Source: a virus
Taxonomy: Duplodnaviria; Caudoviricetes
Virus record (IMG/VR): IMGVR_UViG_3300022743_000214
Location: 1-61,597 of that record
Direction: 5' to 3' (one strand)
DNA: 61,597 nt
The notes under the pieces: model-generated
What the model was told of the DNA's origin: nothing
Database searches by the model: none
Seen by the model: only the letters and a program-made list of their open reading frames with translations
In this document: piece by piece, positions 56,122 to 61,597 of the stretch
Position numbering within the stretch: the first letter of the stretch is position 1
Layout: each line of letters opens with the position of its first letter
Made by a program: the position numbers and the translations under genes

Positions 56122-56958
56122 ATGAGTAAGCCCGTCTACATTCCCAGAAAACAGAGTGGCTACGCACATACAAAGTGCTATCTGTCTCATACGAATGGGT
56201 GTTCAACAAAAATCACTGGTGAACATTGCATTTCTCATAATCTTTTAAACAAGATCGAAAAGCAAAACAAGACCATAGATGTCGTCGGATTGAGTTGGCT
56301 CCCAAAAGATGAGATGACTTCAATTGGTAAAAAGTCTCTCGTCTCGAATGTTCTCTGCTCTCAACACAACTCGGATCTCTCTCCCCTGGACAGCGCAATC
56401 GGAGATCTTGTAGAAGCAATCGGAAGTATCGACGTCGAATACCAAAATCCGATTCCCATCGGCGTGAACTATTGTGTCGATGGATCTCACTTGGAACGTT
56501 GGATACTTAAGACGACACTTGGCTTGGTCAACTCTGGGCAAATTAAGCAAAGATCTGGCGAACCATTTAGACTGAAGAGCAAATGTATTGAACTTCTCTG
56601 TTCACCTGCTGCGCGATGGCCACTTGGGTGGGGCCTGTACATCGCGACCCCGATCGGAAAAATCTACCATTCATCAAGTTTTGAACTCTTACCTCAGCAC
56701 AACGCAGAAACAGGCGAACTGCTTGCTCTTGGTCTGAAGTTCAATGGCATAGCCATGACCTTTCTTATGGGAAGACCCAACCCAAAAACGGCATTCGGCG
56801 TTCGGCGACCAAGCAAGATCATATTTTTGAAGGACTTAGTGAAGTCCGAAATAGCGTTTAGTTGGTCAAACAACAAGGCAGGTAAGACAATCACTTTTTC
56901 TCACGCTGGCGTTTACAGCGGCCCTTCGCCAGATCATCAACTGTCGCACGAGGAATAG
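56122..56958 (+). CDS. Hypothetical protein with N-terminal HNH-like zinc-binding domain
   Basis: CYL....C....EHCIS...LCSQHN; start at ATG 56122 or TTG 56086. Confidence 0.55.
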   Translation: MSKPVYIPRKQSGYAHTKCYLSHTNGCSTKITGEHCISHNLLNKIEKQNKTIDVVGLSWLPKDEMTSIGKKSLVSNVLCSQHNSDLSPLDSAIGDLVEAIGSIDVEYQNPIPIGVNYCVDGSHLERWILKTTLGLVNSGQIKQRSGEPFRLKSKCIELLCSPAARWPLGWGLYIATPIGKIYHSSSFELLPQHNAETGELLALGLKFNGIAMTFLMGRPNPKTAFGVRRPSKIIFLKDLVKSEIAFSWSNNKAGKTITFSHAGVYSGPSPDHQLSHEE

Positions 56959-57034
56959 CTGCTAAATAAACTTTTGTGCTTGATTTCAAATGCACAAAAC
57001 CACTATCCATAATAAAAAATGAGCAAATAAAAAC

Positions 57035-58084
57035 ATGACTCTACCCACTATCAAACTTAACAACCGTGATGTCAACCCACACAAAGCAACGCAATCACCT
57101 GAGTTTGGTAGCCAGACCGTACTGACTAACAGCCCTTGGGAATACGTCTCGCTTTGGTTACAAAGAAACAGCCTAACCGATGCTTTGTTTTACTGGTCAC
57201 AAGCGCGCGCATTCTCTAACGCATCGCGAAGTCTTCCTTTGGAATCAGCACCACTACTTCACTACTACACGTTTATGAACGCGGTAAAGGCACTCCTCGC
57301 AACGAAAAAGATTGCGATTGCGGGAACACATGGGGTATCCAAACATTACATGCTTGGTGTGAACACTACGGTTAACCTCGACAATGAAGGTGTTCGCATT
57401 AACAAAAAAGGAGTACTTCCCGGACTTTCGATGCACCTTAGAGAGATGGAGCTAACAAAAGATCACAGCATGAAGGATCTTCTTTTTAATATTCCTTGTG
57501 TGCATCGTACGTTTTGCATCACCTACTCGGGACAAGAAGAAATGTTTGTTCCGCTGACCAGGTGTCGATATGTTTTTGACTCCACAAATTCAGAGGCCTA
57601 CTTCGTAGCAAGGCTATCTGAGAACTTGGACGAAACCAAGTGTATGAAGCAACTACCCGCCACATTGGTAGCACATCCTCAAATGGGTTCATCACGAGAT
57701 TTACGCTCAGTAATGACTGTGAAAGTTAGCGGACAAAACCTTACTACACCATCAGATGTAGCCGCTATCGCAAACCTCAACAATCACCTACGAGGCGACA
57801 TTCAATACATCGCGGGAGCGGAAACGCTTTGGTATGCCAAGACCAACTTGCCCGGAACAGGAAGGATTCAGCGCTCACCGCTGACACTAATGCTTGCAGC
57901 AATGCACAGACTAAGCGAACTTTCCCGATATCATCCAATGGAATTATCAAAATTTTTTGCGGGCCCCCAGAACTGGCTCTTAAGTGAGTTCATTAGTATG
58001 TCGCCATCACAGTTTCTTGATGAAGTCGCTGCAGAAATTACAGGACATCAGTGCATGGTTCCAAACGTACGTTCGGCAACTTGA
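57035..58084 (+). CDS. YaaC-like protein
   Basis: QA..F, PLLHYY.F.N..KALL, HG, LSELSRYHP. Confidence 0.65.
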   Translation: MTLPTIKLNNRDVNPHKATQSPEFGSQTVLTNSPWEYVSLWLQRNSLTDALFYWSQARAFSNASRSLPLESAPLLHYYTFMNAVKALLATKKIAIAGTHGVSKHYMLGVNTTVNLDNEGVRINKKGVLPGLSMHLREMELTKDHSMKDLLFNIPCVHRTFCITYSGQEEMFVPLTRCRYVFDSTNSEAYFVARLSENLDETKCMKQLPATLVAHPQMGSSRDLRSVMTVKVSGQNLTTPSDVAAIANLNNHLRGDIQYIAGAETLWYAKTNLPGTGRIQRSPLTLMLAAMHRLSELSRYHPMELSKFFAGPQNWLLSEFISMSPSQFLDEVAAEITGHQCMVPNVRSAT

Positions 58085-58091
58085 GATGTCC

Positions 58092-58607
58092 ATGAAGATA
58101 TACCTCGCATGCGGATTGACTCACATACCTAGAGAGTCATTTCAACGTTATTCCACATTCATACATGGGCTTGCCGAAAAATTAACAAAAACCCTTGGGG
58201 CTGAAGTGAAGTACGCCCTTATGCACAGCGATCCGCAATTGGCAAAAAAACCGTTTCAAGAGCGCGCAAAGCTTTGTTATTTATGGGATCGAGCGATGGT
58301 CGAATGGGCGGATCTAGTAATTGCGGAATGCAGCTACCCATCGACTGGAGTAGGCATAGAACTTCAGATTGCCGAGCAGCATGGAACCCCTATCATCATC
58401 TGTTTTGAAAACAATTCGTCAATAGCTGCTTTGCCCGTCGACTACAACAATCCAGATGGCACCCAGCATCATTTACAGATTGGTGACGGCCACGTCACCT
58501 TGATGGCACTTGGTTTACCAACGGTATTCAGCGTGGTCAAATACATTGATTCGAACGATGGCTTGGAAAAGATTACGACAGCTGTTGAGTTGTTAGAACA
58601 AACTTAG
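58092..58607 (+). CDS. Nucleoside 2-deoxyribosyltransferase / nucleotide N-glycosidase-like protein
   Basis: KIYLA, D...WADLVIAE..YPSTGVGIEL..A...PII; start at ATG 58092 or 58086. Confidence 0.7.
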   Translation: MKIYLACGLTHIPRESFQRYSTFIHGLAEKLTKTLGAEVKYALMHSDPQLAKKPFQERAKLCYLWDRAMVEWADLVIAECSYPSTGVGIELQIAEQHGTPIIICFENNSSIAALPVDYNNPDGTQHHLQIGDGHVTLMALGLPTVFSVVKYIDSNDGLEKITTAVELLEQT

Positions 58608-58722
58608 CGAAGTGAAGCTAACGATTAAACTTGGCTATTCAAGAAGACATGAGCTTGAACGTTACTCATTAAACACGCCAATCACTGAACTGAATAAATA
58701 AACCGCTTAGCATGACATTACG

Positions 58723-59262
58723 TTGAGCCTACTAATGACGAATATCGAAAATTTTTTAGCGGAGCAAGCAAGAGCGCGAGAGAAATTCGCGAAATCTCAA
58801 GAGCTTATCCAAAAATACAAAAATCAAATGCCGGACCTAACCCATAGCTGGGATATATCACCCAACTCCATTTCTTTCAATGACGTTTGTAGGTGCATTA
58901 GGTTATCAGGGTTAAACATTTACTGTTGCCCGATGGATGAGCTTTGGGCCGGACTATTCAAACCGTCTGTATATGAAGCAGAAACTCTCTGGGAGAATGA
59001 TCATGACCCTGGAAAAATTGCGGGGGTCATTGATGCATGGGCTAACGGGGTGTCACTGTCGCCCATTTTTCTTGTAAAACATCCAGATTACGAACAAGGT
59101 TTAGTAGCCGACGGTAAGCATAGGCTAACTGTCTCGCGCGCCACCAGCGCAAAAGTAATTCCGTTTATGGTGGAGACCAATAAAGCAGCGTGGGTTTTTC
59201 ATGCATTTCCCTTGGCAACTTGCATTCATCAGAATGTGCAATGCATCCCCACCATCATCTAG
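58723..59262 (+). CDS. ParB/Srx-like domain protein
   Basis: LSPIFL...LVADGKHRL...IP. Confidence 0.55.
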   Translation: MSLLMTNIENFLAEQARAREKFAKSQELIQKYKNQMPDLTHSWDISPNSISFNDVCRCIRLSGLNIYCCPMDELWAGLFKPSVYEAETLWENDHDPGKIAGVIDAWANGVSLSPIFLVKHPDYEQGLVADGKHRLTVSRATSAKVIPFMVETNKAAWVFHAFPLATCIHQNVQCIPTII

Positions 59263-59346
59263 ATACCAATTTTCCGCTGTTAGATCCACGAATGAATCTT
59301 CTCGTTGACTCATCGCTTTGCTCCTAAGTCATCGGCTACTGTTAGT

Positions 59347-60303
59347 CTATATTGATAGCAACTCAGACAAAACGTACAAACCAAGTCGACGATTTTTAAC
59401 AACAAGCGTTTCATAAGCATGCATGCGGCCTTCATACGCTGGATCTCCTCTGTTAGCAGCTTTAACCTTGAACACATCAATGAGTTTGTCGCTCGACAAA
59501 TGCGCCTTACTCATGATGGTCTCAGCCGATTGAGGTTGTCCTCGATATTGCCAAAGCACCGCAAAAACAGCCGCCTGCGCCGCAGTCATCCGAATGGGCT
59601 CAGGCGACCAATCTGGCAAATGAACCCATTCAAAAGTTTCAGAAAACGGCCCATGCACTGCCGAAGATCGCGGCTCTACTGTTGCCTCAATCACATCCCC
59701 CTCCTCGCCTACAAAACGAAGTCCATTGCCATGGATGGCAAAGCGATCTTCAAGATGCCACCAGGTCGCTGTGCCTGAGAGTGGATCCGATGACGTTCTT
59801 CCTAACGGTCGAGGCGTAATCACCCAACTGTCAGCTCGAGGCGTCTTCCCGTGAAACAGATTCAAGGCATTTGCAACGACAAGCTCAATACGCTCAGCCA
59901 GGATCACAGCCCGCTTCTTGTACACCCCGATTTGCCACACGCCTTCGTAAAGCTTGTGGACCGCGATGTGCACCGAAATGTTTAAGGCTGCACGCAGTTT
60001 TCTGATCATCCATTCGATATCTAGCGTCCAATTTCTTTGTTCTGACAAATCAATCTTGTAAGGCCCGCAGTCAGGACACTGCACATGCATCTCACCAGCA
60101 TGACGAAAAACCGGTCCACGGTGCAAACCACAAAACGAGCAACTGGCATAGCGTGCATCCATCGGACCAGGCACGATGGCTTTGAGTTCGCTCAGAACTT
60201 TCAAACCAGCCACCTGCCCCTTGGGGATTGATCTCTCGTACGAATACCCACCCCGTGTCATGAGCAATGAAGCCAATGCCAGAGCTTTTTTGTTGGCAGG
60301 CAT
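59347..60303 (-). CDS. Hypothetical protein with CxxC-CxxC zinc ribbon and possible C-terminal wHTH
   Basis: CSFC...CPDC; MTAAQAAVF..LW...GLY; GAGG RBS. Confidence 0.65.
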   Translation of the reverse strand: MPANKKALALASLLMTRGGYSYERSIPKGQVAGLKVLSELKAIVPGPMDARYASCSFCGLHRGPVFRHAGEMHVQCPDCGPYKIDLSEQRNWTLDIEWMIRKLRAALNISVHIAVHKLYEGVWQIGVYKKRAVILAERIELVVANALNLFHGKTPRADSWVITPRPLGRTSSDPLSGTATWWHLEDRFAIHGNGLRFVGEEGDVIEATVEPRSSAVHGPFSETFEWVHLPDWSPEPIRMTAAQAAVFAVLWQYRGQPQSAETIMSKAHLSSDKLIDVFKVKAANRGDPAYEGRMHAYETLVVKNRRLGLYVLSELLSI

Positions 60304-60315
60304 GACTTCACCTCA

Positions 60316-61557
60316 TCATTCAAAAAGACCCATGGAACGTCCACTGGACGTTGCCCCCCTGACTTGGTAATCCAATGCCTGCTTAGGCTCGAGGATCTCC
60401 AGATGCACCAGATAACCTTCGAGTTGGGTGCGTAGCTTCTCATCGAACTTGTTCAGGTTCAAGCGCCCTTTGCTGGTTACCTCAACGCTCACCAGTGGAC
60501 TTCTGGATCTACCCTGCGCAGGTGCCATGTACAGGTTGAGCGTCGCCGCGTGAATTTCCCAGCCACGGCTCAAAGGGTTTTCATTTTGGAAATACGCACC
60601 AATCAAATCCGTCACGCATTGCCGATCCGTTGAACCGCTGGCCGTGCACTCGAGCTTCAAGCGCTCGCACGGACTCAGCAAGTGCAAGCTCTTCACCTGA
60701 AGACCGACAAACCCATCGTCAAACGCCTGTGGAATCTGCAATCCCAATCTGAGCTTGGACAGATCAAGCACAGGACGCTGTATGCGCTGCGCTTCCGCAC
60801 TCACACCCAACATATGGGTAGCGAAGGCCTCACACAACATGGCGTGGTATTTGGCCCCGCCTCGGATGATTGTTCTTGCAACACCTGTGACTTGGGAATA
60901 CTCCAACACCATGTGGATATTGGGACTACCGACACGGCGTTGCAACTGTGCCCCTTCAAATTCAAGCCGAGCCGTTGCAAGATCTTTGGCGTGGATCGTG
61001 ATGAGTTGCGTCCCTTGAGATCGGTCTAACACGTTGACCACACACACTTCACCACACCCTAGCTCACGCTGGTAAAAGAGCTTGATGGCCTCACAAAAAT
61101 TAGCAATCGAGATCTCATCACGCTTGACCTCTCGGCGCAGCCCCAGGTCGTGCTGCTGCGCTTGCTGGCTGTGCTGATCCAAATACTCAATCTCGGCAGC
61201 CGCTTCAAACAAGTCGGGATGATTGACGTACAACCAGAACGATCGATGCAGATCGTTCTGGCAGGCAATCAACTCCACCAGTTCATTGGGCTTGGCATGC
61301 GTGGCCTGAAACATGGCTTGTTTGCCCAAGGGGTGAGCCAATGTCGAACTCGCATGCAAGCCCGCAATGATGCGATCTCGTTTGACCGTGTTGGCGTAGC
61401 TCTGGATGAGCTTGATCAGCTTGCGCGATGTGTGGGTGTTGTCCTGCCAGGACCACCCCTCAGGCAGGGGCAGCTCATGGCGACCAATGAATGTTTTGAG
61501 CGTGTCGTCAACGGGCAAATAAAGCACGATGTCTGCATAAGTCTGTGGCTTGCTCAC
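60316..61557 (-). CDS. Hypothetical protein, 413 aa
   Basis: Long ORF with AGGAGA RBS and GTG start; no motif recognised. Confidence 0.7.
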   Translation of the reverse strand: MSKPQTYADIVLYLPVDDTLKTFIGRHELPLPEGWSWQDNTHTSRKLIKLIQSYANTVKRDRIIAGLHASSTLAHPLGKQAMFQATHAKPNELVELIACQNDLHRSFWLYVNHPDLFEAAAEIEYLDQHSQQAQQHDLGLRREVKRDEISIANFCEAIKLFYQRELGCGEVCVVNVLDRSQGTQLITIHAKDLATARLEFEGAQLQRRVGSPNIHMVLEYSQVTGVARTIIRGGAKYHAMLCEAFATHMLGVSAEAQRIQRPVLDLSKLRLGLQIPQAFDDGFVGLQVKSLHLLSPCERLKLECTASGSTDRQCVTDLIGAYFQNENPLSRGWEIHAATLNLYMAPAQGRSRSPLVSVEVTSKGRLNLNKFDEKLRTQLEGYLVHLEILEPKQALDYQVRGATSSGRSMGLFE

Positions 61558-61597
61558 GTTGTCTCCTTCTTGTTTTTATGAGGGAAACCAACCCCGA

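Noticed and set aside
1-61597. CRISPR array, tRNA/rRNA genes, IS transposase, att repeats
   Set aside because: None recognised by eye; short att cores or a tRNA could be missed without tRNAscan or a repeat search.

Overview
Three blocks. (1) ~1-19.8 kb is an anti-phage defence island. It holds a leftward operon with two HEPN-like proteins and an AAA/DUF4143 ATPase abutting a 1340-aa STAND/NACHT NTPase with a C-terminal nuclease-like domain. A TraB/Tiki-like protein follows, then a tightly packed WYL regulator - type I RM (hsdM, hsdS, orphan ORF, hsdR) - patatin + CD-NTase (CBASS) - HrgA-like run. (2) ~19.8-54.3 kb is a minus-strand temperate siphovirus prophage with an HK97-type head, lambda-like tail, holin/GH73 endolysin/embedded spanins, HNH-TerS-TerL, ParB-MTase, HU and a P4-type primase. 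No integrase or canonical CI repressor is visible in the window. (3) 54.5-61.6 kb is cargo: AbiE toxin-antitoxin, HNH-like, YaaC-like, NDT-like and ParB-like genes plus two unknown genes. The most unusual element sits inside the tail module. A tail fibre ending in an Asn-Cys-rich tip (...NCYNC...RYNCNCDCNCC-stop) is translationally coupled to an unknown protein, a 2OG-Fe(II) oxygenase and a radical SAM/SPASM enzyme, which suggests RiPP-like post-translational maturation of a virion receptor-binding fibre (inference). All family calls come from reading motifs by eye; no searches were run.
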